The position numbers were made by a program, and so were the translations under genes. The notes below the pieces were generated by a model, which had not been told where the DNA came from, made no database searches, and worked only from the letters and a program-made list of their open reading frames with translations. A stretch of DNA of 54,308 nucleotides from a virus (lineage: Duplodnaviria; Caudoviricetes), in the IMG/VR virus record IMGVR_UViG_3300037991_005364, positions 1 through 54,308 of that record. One strand, written 5' to 3'. Shown piece after piece: positions 44,377 to 53,722 of this stretch. How positions within the stretch are numbered: the first letter of the stretch is position 1; each line of letters starts with the position of its first letter.

Positions 44377-46104
44377 ATGGCCAAACTTTTTGGTTTTTCA
44401 ATTGACGACAATCAAAATAAATCACCTTCAGTTGTCTCCCCCGTTCCTGAAACTAATCAGGACGGGGTTGATAATTATATCAGTAGTGGATTTTATGGTC
44501 AATATGTTGATATTGAAGGTGTTTATAAGACAGAGCATGATTTAATAAGAAGATACAGAGAAATGTCGCTACATCCTGAAGCGGATGGTGCGATTGAAGA
44601 TGTAGTTAACGAAGCAATTGTTAGTGATTTGTACGACTCTCCTGTAGAGATTGAGTTATCAAATCTAAACGCTAGCGAAGGACTTAAGAAAAAGATTAGA
44701 GAAGAATTTAAATATCTCAAAGAAATTTTAGATTTTGATAGAAAGTCTCATGAAATCTTTCGCAACTGGTACGTTGACGGTAGACTTTACTATCTAAAAG
44801 TTATTGACTTAAAATCACCTCAAGAAGGTATTAAAGAACTGAGGTATATTGATCCTCTCAAGATGAAGTATATTCGTCAAGAGAAAAAAGATCCTAATGG
44901 TAAATATGACACTGGTGCCGTTAGAGTCAGTGGAAATAATAAAAATCCTTTAGAATATCAAAACGGTCCAGAATTTGAGGAGTTTTTTCAATATACACCA
45001 TCACCAAACTATCCGACGAGTAGTCTTGGTGGGAGAGGAAAATCAATCAAAATTGCAAAAGATGCAGTAACATATTGTACTTCTGGTCTTGTAGACAGAA
45101 ATAAAAATACTGTTCTTTCATATCTCCACAAAGCAATCAAGGCACTCAATCAACTTAGAATGATTGAGGATTCTTTGGTCATTTATAGGTTATCAAGAGC
45201 ACCAGAACGTAGAATATTTTATATTGACGTTGGCAATCTTCCAAAGGTAAAGGCAGAGCAATACCTACGTGAGGTTATGTCTCGCTATAGAAATAAACTT
45301 GCATATAATGCACAGACTGGTGAAGTTCGTGATGACAAGAAGTTTATGTCTATGATGGAAGATTTCTGGTTGCCACGCAGAGAAGGTGGTCGTGGTACAG
45401 AAATTACCACACTTCCTGGTGGACAGAATCTTGGTGAACTCTCTGATATTGAATATTTTCAAAAGAAACTCTACAGAGCACTTGGAGTTCCCGAATCCAG
45501 AATCGCTGCTGATGGTGGATTCAACCTTGGTCGTTCTTCAGAAATCTTGAGAGATGAACTTAAATTTTCTAAGTTTGTTGGTCGTCTGAGAAAGCGTTTT
45601 GCCCAGATGTTCAACGATATGTTGAAAACTCAATTGATTCTTAAGAACATTGTTTCTCCAGATGATTGGGAAATAATGAGAGATCATATTCAATATGATT
45701 TCTTGTATGATAACCAGTTTGCAGAATTGAAAGAATCTGAAATGATTCAAGGTAGACTCGGAAATCTTGCTCAGATTGAACCATTTATTGGCAAGTATTA
45801 TTCTACTGAATATGTAAGAAAGAGAATCCTTCGTCAAACTGATCAAGAAATCATTGAGATTGATGAGCAAATTGAGGACGAAATTCAAAAAGGTATCATT
45901 CCAGATCCATCCACAATTGATCCAGTAACTGGTCAACCACTTCCACAACCAGCAGAAGGAATTCCTGGTGAAGGTTCTGGAATGGAAGGAATGGGTGCAG
46001 ACCCGATGTCAATGGGCGAAATTCCCATGGAACCAGATGCCGAAGCAATGGCAAGAGAAGTAGATGCCAACTATCAAAAAGACACTAGAAAGGCTGAGTT
46101 ATAA
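44377..46104 (+). CDS. g20: Portal protein gp20
   Basis: WYVDGR; RAPERRIFYIDVGNLPKVKAEQYL; EDFWLPRREGGRGTEITTLPGG. Confidence 0.98.
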   Translation: MAKLFGFSIDDNQNKSPSVVSPVPETNQDGVDNYISSGFYGQYVDIEGVYKTEHDLIRRYREMSLHPEADGAIEDVVNEAIVSDLYDSPVEIELSNLNASEGLKKKIREEFKYLKEILDFDRKSHEIFRNWYVDGRLYYLKVIDLKSPQEGIKELRYIDPLKMKYIRQEKKDPNGKYDTGAVRVSGNNKNPLEYQNGPEFEEFFQYTPSPNYPTSSLGGRGKSIKIAKDAVTYCTSGLVDRNKNTVLSYLHKAIKALNQLRMIEDSLVIYRLSRAPERRIFYIDVGNLPKVKAEQYLREVMSRYRNKLAYNAQTGEVRDDKKFMSMMEDFWLPRREGGRGTEITTLPGGQNLGELSDIEYFQKKLYRALGVPESRIAADGGFNLGRSSEILRDELKFSKFVGRLRKRFAQMFNDMLKTQLILKNIVSPDDWEIMRDHIQYDFLYDNQFAELKESEMIQGRLGNLAQIEPFIGKYYSTEYVRKRILRQTDQEIIEIDEQIEDEIQKGIIPDPSTIDPVTGQPLPQPAEGIPGEGSGMEGMGADPMSMGEIPMEPDAEAMAREVDANYQKDTRKAEL

Positions 46105-46107
46105 ATA
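46100..46107 (+). promoter_or_regulatory. T4 late promoter TATAAATA
   Basis: Exact consensus overlapping the gp20 stop codon. Confidence 0.8.
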
Positions 46108-46132
46108 GATTATATTAACATATTGATTTTTC

Positions 46133-46402
46133 ATGGAAGATGTTATCGATTTGATCGCTACAGACGCTTCTCCGTCTAATGTTAGCGACAAAATGAAAGA
46201 AATTCTGTATGCGAAGGCAGCAGAACGAATTGATATTGCAAGACCTTACGTTTCTAATGCAATGTTTGGTCAGGAATTTGAGTATCCTGAAGTTGAAGAT
46301 GAAATTGAAACTGATGAAACTGACGTTGAAGCGGAAGCAGAAACTGAAGTTGGTGATGAAGTGGAGATAGAAACTGAAACAGAAGAGGAATCAGAAGAAT
46401 GA
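46133..46402 (+). CDS. Acidic prohead core protein (gp67-like by position)
   Basis: Between gp20 and gp21; long Glu-rich tail. Confidence 0.65.
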   Translation: MEDVIDLIATDASPSNVSDKMKEILYAKAAERIDIARPYVSNAMFGQEFEYPEVEDEIETDETDVEAEAETEVGDEVEIETETEEESEE

Positions 46403-46659
46403 TTATCAAAGTTCTAGCTGCGGAGGGAAATTTAAATGCCGCATCTAATGTTGATACTGCAACCGTAGTTAGACTTTTTAATGGTCATACTGCTGCACTC
46501 GTTATCACAAGAAAAACCTCCGGTGGATCTACAGTTGGCAGTTTAACTGTCAATACCAAAGAATCCGTCGTACTGGAGAAAGATTCAACCGATACTTTGG
46601 AAGCAGCCAGTAATGGTTCTTCGGTAAAAGTAGTAAAAGTAGCCTACAACATTTCATAA
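46399..46659 (+). CDS. Conserved hypothetical head-region protein
   Basis: 86 aa, beta-rich (ATVVRLFN, SVVLEK..TDTL); overlaps or abuts its neighbours. Confidence 0.75.
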   Translation: MIIKVLAAEGNLNAASNVDTATVVRLFNGHTAALVITRKTSGGSTVGSLTVNTKESVVLEKDSTDTLEAASNGSSVKVVKVAYNIS

Positions 46660-46663
46660 GAAA

Positions 46664-47314
46664 ATGAAACTTATCACAGAAGAAGTAACAAACGTAAAGA
46701 TTCTTACCGAAGGTAAGGGTGCAAACAAGAAGTTATACATTGAAGGTGTATTTCTTCAAGGCGAAATTAAAAATCGCAATGGGAGAATGTATCCCATGTC
46801 AACCCTTGCTCGTGAAGTAGATCGTTACAACGAAACATTCGTCAATAAGGGTCGTGCCCTTGGCGAACTCGGTCACCCTGATGGTCCTACCGTTAATCTT
46901 GATCGTGTTTCTCACAAAATTACTTCTCTGGTACAAGAAGGTAATAACTTTAGAGGAAAGGCACAAATCCTTTCTACACCTATGGGTAAAATCGCATCTT
47001 CACTTCTTGATGAAGGTGTAATGCTTGGTGTTTCTTCTCGTGGTGTTGGTTCACTCCAAACTACAAGTGAAGGACATAAAGTTGTCGGTGAAGATTTCCA
47101 GTTAGCAACTGCTGCTGATATTGTCGCTGACCCTTCCGCTCCTGACGCTTTTGTTAATGGAATCATGGAAGGAAAAGAGTGGGTTTGGGAAGGAGGAATC
47201 CTTCGTGAACAACTTGCAGAACAAACTAAGAAGAGAATTAATACTCTTGTTGATCAAAGAGCACTTGAGGAGCATAAGTTGAATTTATTCAACAATTTCC
47301 TCTCAAATCTTTGA
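46664..47314 (+). CDS. g21: Prohead protease gp21
   Basis: MKLITE; NRNGRMYP; GELGHP; GVSSRGVGS; DIVADPSAPDA. Confidence 0.97.
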   Translation: MKLITEEVTNVKILTEGKGANKKLYIEGVFLQGEIKNRNGRMYPMSTLAREVDRYNETFVNKGRALGELGHPDGPTVNLDRVSHKITSLVQEGNNFRGKAQILSTPMGKIASSLLDEGVMLGVSSRGVGSLQTTSEGHKVVGEDFQLATAADIVADPSAPDAFVNGIMEGKEWVWEGGILREQLAEQTKKRINTLVDQRALEEHKLNLFNNFLSNL

Positions 47315-47316
47315 TT

Positions 47317-47324
47317 TATAAATA
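47317..47324 (+). promoter_or_regulatory. T4 late promoter TATAAATA
   Basis: Exact consensus upstream of gp22. Confidence 0.85.
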
Positions 47325-47362
47325 AATACATGTAATTAATCAAACATTAAGTACATATTCAC

Positions 47363-48457
47363 ATGTCCGTTGGTAACAATTTACAAGAAATGGAAAACGT
47401 AGTAACCAAAGGGGCTGCACCTGCCGAACCAATGAATGCTGCTGGCATTCCAGTTGAAGATCTCGGCGGTCCTACTCCTGAAAATTCAAGACCAGATGAC
47501 GACAGCAATAAGCTGAAGGATCCTGCTGGTACCCTTGCACAAGTCAAGGATGTTGTTAATTCCAGAGCCGCTAAGGCGGAAGAGGTTGAGGTCGATGAGG
47601 ACCAGGAAGTAGTTTCCGAAGCAGAAGCGACCGAAGAAGAGGTTGTTTCCGAAGAGGAAGTAGCAGCTGAAGAAGTTGTTGCCGAAGCGGAAGAAACCGA
47701 AGAAGAACTTGTTGAGGAAGAAGGTATTGACATCGAAGCAGATGTTCAAGCACTGTTTGAGGGTGAAGAACTCTCCGAAGAATTCCAAGACAAAGCACGC
47801 ACCATTTTTGAAGCAGCAGTTACTTCAAAAGTTGCTGAGATGCAAGAGTCTCTGACCGAAGCATATCAAGAAGCACTTGTTGAAGAAGTTGTTGCAATCA
47901 AAGAAGAACTGACTGAAAGACTTGACTCCTATCTGGAGTACGTTGCTGATGAGTGGTTCCAAGAGAATGCACTTGCAGTTGAAGCAGGTCTTAAGTCTGA
48001 AGTGACCGAATCGTTCCTTGACGGAATGAAGGCACTTTTTGAAGATCATTATGTAACTATCCCTGAAGACAAATATGATGTTCTTGAGAGCATGGTAGAT
48101 AAACTAGATGAAATGGAGTCTAAACTCAACGAGCAAATCGCTAATAACGTTGCTCTGAATAAGAGATTAGCAGAGTCCACCGCTGATGCAGTTTTTTCAG
48201 AGGTAACTGAAGGTCTTGCACTTTCACAAAAGGACAAACTTGCTTCTCTCGTAGAAAAAGTTGAGTTTGAAAGTGAGACAGACTATCGTGAGAAACTGGC
48301 AACTCTGAGAAATTCTTATTTCCCTGAGAATGTCGGAACTCCAAGCACCTCCGAGAATCTTTCAGAAGAGGTTTCTACCGATGAGGTTATTTCCGAGGAA
48401 GTATCCCCAATGATGCAAGCCTATCTGCAAACTCTCTCTAGAGCTGCTAAAAAGTGA
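47363..48457 (+). CDS. g22: Prohead core scaffolding protein gp22
   Basis: LSEEFQDKARTIFEAAV; LDSYLEYVADEW..EN.LAVE.G; very acidic. Confidence 0.95.
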   Translation: MSVGNNLQEMENVVTKGAAPAEPMNAAGIPVEDLGGPTPENSRPDDDSNKLKDPAGTLAQVKDVVNSRAAKAEEVEVDEDQEVVSEAEATEEEVVSEEEVAAEEVVAEAEETEEELVEEEGIDIEADVQALFEGEELSEEFQDKARTIFEAAVTSKVAEMQESLTEAYQEALVEEVVAIKEELTERLDSYLEYVADEWFQENALAVEAGLKSEVTESFLDGMKALFEDHYVTIPEDKYDVLESMVDKLDEMESKLNEQIANNVALNKRLAESTADAVFSEVTEGLALSQKDKLASLVEKVEFESETDYREKLATLRNSYFPENVGTPSTSENLSEEVSTDEVISEEVSPMMQAYLQTLSRAAKK

Positions 48458-48497
48458 TTTTTAAATCATAAACGTTCAAACTAACTTTTCAAAAAAA

Positions 48498-49892
48498 ATG
48501 CAAATGCCTAATACTGAGGCTCTGCAGGAAAAGTGGGCACCCATTCTCGACTATGAGGGAATGGATCCGATTAAGGATTCCCACCGCAGAGCTGTTACCG
48601 CAGTCCTCCTGGAAAACCAGGAACAAACTCTTGCTGAAGAAAGAGCATTCCTTTCCGAAGCACCTACCGTTTCCACCAACTCTGGCGCTAATGCAGGTTT
48701 CTCTGCTGGTGCTTCCTCCCCAGTTGCTGGTTTCGATCCTGTTCTGATCTCCTTGATTAGACGCGCAATGCCTAACTTGGTCGCATATGACCTCGCAGGC
48801 GTTCAACCAATGTCTGGTCCTACTGGACTTATCTTCGCAATGCGTTCCCGCTTCAGCGGAATGACTGGCGACGAGGCACTGTTCAACGAAGCAGATACCG
48901 CATTCTCCGGTCAGGATACCGACTTCGATAGAACTAACGGATTCACCAATGGTTCCGTCGGTATGGGTACCACTGGTCAAACTGGTTCTAACCCTGGTCT
49001 CCTCAATCCAGAATCTGGTCAAACTGGTTCCACATACTCTGTTGGTCAGGGTATGCGTACAGACGATGCTGAAGGTCTGGGAGAGACTGGAAGTGCTTTC
49101 AACGAAATGGCATTCTCGATCGAGAAGGTCACCGTTACTGCGAAGTCCAGAGCACTGAAAGCTGAGTACTCACTGGAACTGGCACAAGACCTCAAGGCAA
49201 TTCACGGTCTGAATGCCGAAGCAGAATTGGCAAACATTCTCTCCACTGAGATTCTTGCCGAAATCAACCGTGAAGTCATCCGTACCATCTATCGTGTTGC
49301 TGAGTCTGGTGCTCAACAGAACGTTGCTAACGGTGGTACTTTCGACCTCGACACCGATTCCAACGGACGTTGGAGTGTTGAGAAGTTCAAGGGTCTTATC
49401 TTCCAAATCGAGCGTGACGCTAACGCAATTGCACAGCGCACTCGTAGAGGAAAGGGCAACATGATTCTGTGTTCCGCAGACGTTGCTTCCGCACTGACCA
49501 TGGCAGGCGTACTCGACTACACCCCTGCCCTCAACGCTGGTCTCAATGTTGATGACACTGGCAACACCTTCGCTGGTGTGCTACAAGGTAAGTATCGTGT
49601 ATACATCGATCCTTATTCTGCAAACCTGCCTAACAGCACTGGTTCCCAGTACTACGTTGCAGGTTATAAGGGTTCTTCCCCTTACGACGCAGGTCTCTTC
49701 TACTGCCCATATGTCCCCCTCCAGATGGTTCGTGCCGTCGGTCAGGACACCTTCCAACCAAAGATTGGATTCAAGACTCGCTACGGCATCGTCGCGAACC
49801 CATTCGCAGAAGGAACAACAGCAGGCGGTGGCGCACTTACCGTCAACTCCAACCGCTACTACAGAAGAGTCAAGGTCGCAAACCTCATGTGA
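48498..49892 (+). CDS. g23: Major capsid protein gp23
   Basis: LQEKWAPIL; GVQPMSGPTGLIFAMR; SRALKAEYSLELAQDLKAIHGL; FQPKIGFKTRYG; likely maturation site FLSE|A (E54). Confidence 0.99.
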   Translation: MQMPNTEALQEKWAPILDYEGMDPIKDSHRRAVTAVLLENQEQTLAEERAFLSEAPTVSTNSGANAGFSAGASSPVAGFDPVLISLIRRAMPNLVAYDLAGVQPMSGPTGLIFAMRSRFSGMTGDEALFNEADTAFSGQDTDFDRTNGFTNGSVGMGTTGQTGSNPGLLNPESGQTGSTYSVGQGMRTDDAEGLGETGSAFNEMAFSIEKVTVTAKSRALKAEYSLELAQDLKAIHGLNAEAELANILSTEILAEINREVIRTIYRVAESGAQQNVANGGTFDLDTDSNGRWSVEKFKGLIFQIERDANAIAQRTRRGKGNMILCSADVASALTMAGVLDYTPALNAGLNVDDTGNTFAGVLQGKYRVYIDPYSANLPNSTGSQYYVAGYKGSSPYDAGLFYCPYVPLQMVRAVGQDTFQPKIGFKTRYGIVANPFAEGTTAGGGALTVNSNRYYRRVKVANLM

Positions 49893-49914
49893 TTCTTTCT
49901 CACATATCTTCTTC

Positions 49915-49940
49915 AGAGGGTCTTCGGACCCTCTTTTTTT
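49915..49940 (+). terminator. Intrinsic terminator with a C(UUCG)G tetraloop
   Basis: AGAGGGTC-TTCG-GACCCTCT followed by a T-run, after gp23. Confidence 0.95.
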
Positions 49941-49971
49941 ATCTAAATACAAATAAAACTTATGAAGACTG

Positions 49972-50532
49972 ATGTCATATAGTTCATCATCATCTAGTAA
50001 TAATTGTAGTTGGCCAACTCAACTTAACAATAGAAATTTTCTTTCTGGTATTGGATTTAAATTTAATCTTGGAAAATATCCTAAGGTTGATTTTTTCTGT
50101 AACACTGCTAAGATTCCAGAGGTACGATTAGCAACAGCAACTCAACCATCATATTTGAAAGATATTGATGTTCCAGAGACTAAATTAACATTTGGAGATT
50201 TAACTCTTCAGTTTTTAGTTGATGAGAATATGGAGAACTATAAAATAGTTCATGATTGGATTACTGGTCTTGGTTTTCCAGAAACTACACAACAATTCAA
50301 AACTCTAACTACAGATAAAGATGGTGTTAGAGAAATGAATGAGCAGTTTGCTGACGGCACATTGCGTATTTTAAATAGTAACTTTAATGAGGTTGCTAAG
50401 GTAAAATTCTTAGATTTGTTTCCAGTGTCTCTCAGTTCACTTGACTTTGATGCAACATCAACTGATGTGAATTACTTTACAGCACAGGTATCTTTCAAGT
50501 ATACTGTATATCAACTGATTTCTTCTGTTTAA
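49972..50532 (+). CDS. g3: Tail tube terminator / completion protein gp3
   Basis: NFLSGIGFKF; FLVDENMENY..VHDWI; F.DLFPVSLS.LDFD. Confidence 0.9.
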   Translation: MSYSSSSSSNNCSWPTQLNNRNFLSGIGFKFNLGKYPKVDFFCNTAKIPEVRLATATQPSYLKDIDVPETKLTFGDLTLQFLVDENMENYKIVHDWITGLGFPETTQQFKTLTTDKDGVREMNEQFADGTLRILNSNFNEVAKVKFLDLFPVSLSSLDFDATSTDVNYFTAQVSFKYTVYQLISSV

Positions 50533-50960
50533 TGGATCTTGACAAAATTCAGGAGATGTGGCGGAAAGATGCTGTCATAGATCCTGATAATCTGCATGAT
50601 GAATCTCTAAAGATTCCACAACTTCACTCTAAGTATTATACTTTGTACAATACTATTACTTTGTTGCGAGAAAAAGCAAGAGAACAATATAATAAAGTAA
50701 AGTTAGAAAGACATAACTTTTACACAGGTAAGGCAGAACCATCCGTATATGAGGAAGAACCATTTCCATATAAAGTGAGGGAAAAGGATGCCATACAGCG
50801 TTATCTAGATGCTGATGAGAGGTTAAATAAGATTGATATGAAGATACGATATTATGATACCACTCTGAAGTTTCTAGAGGAAATCATTAAAACGGTTGCT
50901 AATAGAACTTTTCAGATTAAGAATGCTATTGAATGGCAGAAGTTCCAAGCAGGATTCTAA
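50532..50960 (+). CDS. uvsY: Recombination mediator UvsY
   Basis: ESLKIPQLHSKY; YLDADE; RTFQIKNAIEWQKFQAG. Confidence 0.93.
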   Translation: MDLDKIQEMWRKDAVIDPDNLHDESLKIPQLHSKYYTLYNTITLLREKAREQYNKVKLERHNFYTGKAEPSVYEEEPFPYKVREKDAIQRYLDADERLNKIDMKIRYYDTTLKFLEEIIKTVANRTFQIKNAIEWQKFQAGF

Positions 50961-51181
50961 TGGACGACGACGATTGGATTTATCAAGATGATAATTTTGA
51001 TGAGAATCTTCCCTACATTGAACTACAATTTGGTGCTGAAGACTTGTATGCACTATACGAATCTGTAAAGTATCGTTGGGAGAACTGGCCAGGTGGTCAT
51101 CCAGATGAACAAAAAAGACTTGAGAACTTGAAAAATTTTTTATATAGAGTTGTCTTAGAATATAAGTTCAAGATGCCTTAA
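50960..51181 (+). CDS. Small hypothetical protein (73 aa; start at 50960)
   Basis: ATG overlaps the uvsY stop; WPGGHPDEQ motif. Confidence 0.75.
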   Translation: MDDDDWIYQDDNFDENLPYIELQFGAEDLYALYESVKYRWENWPGGHPDEQKRLENLKNFLYRVVLEYKFKMP

Positions 51182-51210
51182 TAAATATTCATAGGTGAAT
51201 CCTGTGAATT

Positions 51211-52674
51211 ATGTCTCACTTGATTATATCGAAGAAGAACGAAGTTTTTCTTCAGATTAAAGCGGATCCTCATGTATATTATGAACTGGCGGACCAGTTT
51301 ACGTTTGAGGTTCCAGGTGCCAAATTTATGCCTCAGTATCGTAATAAGTACTGGGATGGAAAAATTCGCCTGTTTAACACTCAGAATGGAGAGATATACG
51401 TTGGGTTGTTAGATAAGGTTATACAGTTCTGTAAGGATCACGGATACACTTATGAGTTCGTGGAGAACAAGTTTTATGGTCTTCCTTTCGAAGTCAATGA
51501 AATGATCTCCAAGGAAGGTGTGAAAGACTATATGACTGCTGTTAGTAAGTATGCCCCTAGAGATTACCAAATTGAAGGGGTATACGACGCTCTAAGACAT
51601 AATAGAAGGTTGTTGATAAGCCCAACTGCTTCTGGAAAGTCTCTGATGATATATTCTCTTGTGAGATATCACGTTGAGCGCGGACAAAATACTCTGATAG
51701 TTGTTCCGACGACTTCCTTAGTAGAGCAGATGTATAAAGATTTTGCAGACTATGGCTGGGACGTAGGTTCATATTGTCACAAGATATACGCTGGTAGGGA
51801 GAGGGAAACTGATTCCCAAGTTATCATCACTACCTGGCAGTCCATCTATAAACTCCCCCGAAAATATTTTGCTCGCTTTAGCGTAGTTGTTGGGGATGAG
51901 GCACACCAGTTTAAATCCAAGTCATTAATATCTATAATGACAAAACTTGGAGATGCAAAATTCCGTTACGGTTTCACTGGAACACTTGATGGAACTCAAA
52001 CTCATAAATGGGTGCTGGAAGGATTATTTGGTCCATCTTATAAAATCATCAGAACAGAAGAACTGATGAAGAAGGGTCATGTTGCTAAGTTAGATATTAA
52101 CGTTCTTCTATTGAAACACCCTGCACATAAGTTTGAAACTTTTGAGGATGAAGTTCAATATATTATTAATCATGAAAAGCGTAACAAGTTCATTCGTAAT
52201 CTGGCACTCGATCTGAAAGGCAATACTCTTATTCTATTTGCCAGAGTAGAAGGACATGGGCAACCACTTTACGATTTAATAAATAACGGTAGTGTAGAAG
52301 AACGCCATGTATTCTTCGTCCACGGTGGTGTGGCAACGGAAGACAGAGAAAAAGTAAGGGAGATTACAGAGCAAGAAAACAACGCGATTATTATTGCTTC
52401 ATACGGAACATTTAGTACAGGTATCAATATTAAGAACCTCCATAATGTTATTTTTGCTTCTCCATCCAAATCTAGAATACGGAATCTCCAATCTATTGGT
52501 CGTGTGCTCAGAAAAGGCAATAACAAGACAAAGGCAACTCTCTATGACATTGCTGACGACATTTCCTACAAGGCACGGAGAAACTATACACTTAATCATT
52601 TAATTGAAAGAATCAAAGTTTATAACGAGGAGAACTTCAATTACGACATTGTAAACATTCCATTAAAAAATTAA
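51211..52674 (+). CDS. uvsW: UvsW DNA/RNA helicase
   Basis: WDGKIRLF; SPTASGKS; DEAH; GFTGT; QSIGRVLR. Confidence 0.97.
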   Translation: MSHLIISKKNEVFLQIKADPHVYYELADQFTFEVPGAKFMPQYRNKYWDGKIRLFNTQNGEIYVGLLDKVIQFCKDHGYTYEFVENKFYGLPFEVNEMISKEGVKDYMTAVSKYAPRDYQIEGVYDALRHNRRLLISPTASGKSLMIYSLVRYHVERGQNTLIVVPTTSLVEQMYKDFADYGWDVGSYCHKIYAGRERETDSQVIITTWQSIYKLPRKYFARFSVVVGDEAHQFKSKSLISIMTKLGDAKFRYGFTGTLDGTQTHKWVLEGLFGPSYKIIRTEELMKKGHVAKLDINVLLLKHPAHKFETFEDEVQYIINHEKRNKFIRNLALDLKGNTLILFARVEGHGQPLYDLINNGSVEERHVFFVHGGVATEDREKVREITEQENNAIIIASYGTFSTGINIKNLHNVIFASPSKSRIRNLQSIGRVLRKGNNKTKATLYDIADDISYKARRNYTLNHLIERIKVYNEENFNYDIVNIPLKN

Positions 52675-52675
52675 T

Positions 52676-53083
52676 ATGGGCGAAGAATTCCATGCAGTAT
52701 TAAAACTAGTTACAGGAGAAGAAGTATTTGCACTAGTTAGTGTAGAGGAAAATGATGGTGATCCAATAATTCTACTGATGAACCCAGTGATTATGAAAGT
52801 GATGAAGAATCAAACTGGTCAATACGTCAAAGTAAAACCATGGATGGAAATCTCTACCGATGATCTTTATGTAATTAAATACGATAAGATTGTTACTATG
52901 ACTGAAGTAAAAGAATCTAAGATAATAGAGTTTTACGATAGATATATTAATGAAGATGATTGTGATTGGGATGAAGATGGTAAAACAAAAATATCTAATG
53001 ATATGGGGTATGTCTCTACAGTAGATGATGCTAGACAGATGCTAGAGAATCTCTACAAACTTAAAGATAATAAAGAAAATTAA
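52676..53083 (+). CDS. Conserved Sm-like-fold hypothetical protein preceding gp55
   Basis: LKLVTGEEVFA...LMNPV...VKPWM pattern. Confidence 0.7.
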   Translation: MGEEFHAVLKLVTGEEVFALVSVEENDGDPIILLMNPVIMKVMKNQTGQYVKVKPWMEISTDDLYVIKYDKIVTMTEVKESKIIEFYDRYINEDDCDWDEDGKTKISNDMGYVSTVDDARQMLENLYKLKDNKEN

Positions 53084-53115
53084 GCTATAGCTGTCTCTTC
53101 AAACCTAACAAAGGT

Positions 53116-53144
53116 ATTCTACTTATTACTCAGCATGTTGTCAA
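53116..53144 (-). promoter_or_regulatory. Leftward sigma70 promoter TTGACA-17-TAGAAT
   Basis: + strand ATTCTA 53116-53121, 17-nt spacer, TGTCAA 53139-53144. Confidence 0.7.
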
Positions 53145-53165
53145 GCCCTGATAGTATGCTATAAT
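53138..53165 (+). promoter_or_regulatory. sigma70 promoter for gp55 (TTGTCA-16-TATAAT, extended -10)
   Basis: TTGTCA 53138-53143; TG-C-TATAAT ending at 53165. Confidence 0.75.
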
Positions 53166-53200
53166 GTATATAATAAAAGTTTATCTAAAATTATAATGTT

Positions 53201-53722
53201 ATGTCAAAAAAGAAATCGGAACATTATGTTAATAACAAGGAGTTGCTTGAAGCACTGATTGTTTATCGTTCTAAAGTAGAAGAAAGTTTCTTTAGTATCA
53301 ACGGTAGAGAACCCACCAAGGCAGACAGATCGCAGCGTTGGGAAGGAAAACCACCAATCAGTAATTACTTGGGTGAATGTTTTCTAAAGATTGCAACGCA
53401 CTTGTCATATAAACCAAACTTTGTGAATTATATGTTTAGGGATGATATGATCTCTGATGGTATTGAAAACTGTGTTCAGTATATTCATAACTTCGACCCT
53501 GAGAAATCTAAAAATCCTTTTGCTTACTTCACGCAGATTATTCACTACGCCTTTCTACGTCGAATTCAGAAAGAGAAGAAGCAACTGGAAATCAAAACTA
53601 AAATTATCGAACGCACTGGTTACGATGAAGTTATGATGGTTGATGATAGCTTGCTTTCTAGCAGTAGTTCGGACTATAATAGCATTAAGGATAACATTGC
53701 CTATAAGACGAATCGTCAATGA
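53201..53722 (+). CDS. g55: Late-transcription sigma factor gp55
   Basis: HYVNNKEL; NFVNYMFRDDMISDGIENC; NPFAYFTQIIHYAFLRRIQKEK. Confidence 0.96.
   Translation: MSKKKSEHYVNNKELLEALIVYRSKVEESFFSINGREPTKADRSQRWEGKPPISNYLGECFLKIATHLSYKPNFVNYMFRDDMISDGIENCVQYIHNFDPEKSKNPFAYFTQIIHYAFLRRIQKEKKQLEIKTKIIERTGYDEVMMVDDSLLSSSSSDYNSIKDNIAYKTNRQ

Noticed and set aside
39342-49892. Introns or inteins in gp17, gp20 or gp23
   Set aside because: The ORFs are continuous and of normal length, with no splicing motifs seen.
47359-49956. Many long antisense and alternate-frame ORFs over gp22 and gp23 (also over gp18, gp19 and gp7)
   Set aside because: Expected shadows of strong codon bias in highly expressed genes; no RBS or protein-like motifs.
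49892-49972. Absence of gp24, and of gp9-12 and wac, as a novelty
   Set aside because: Normal for marine T4-like cyanophages.
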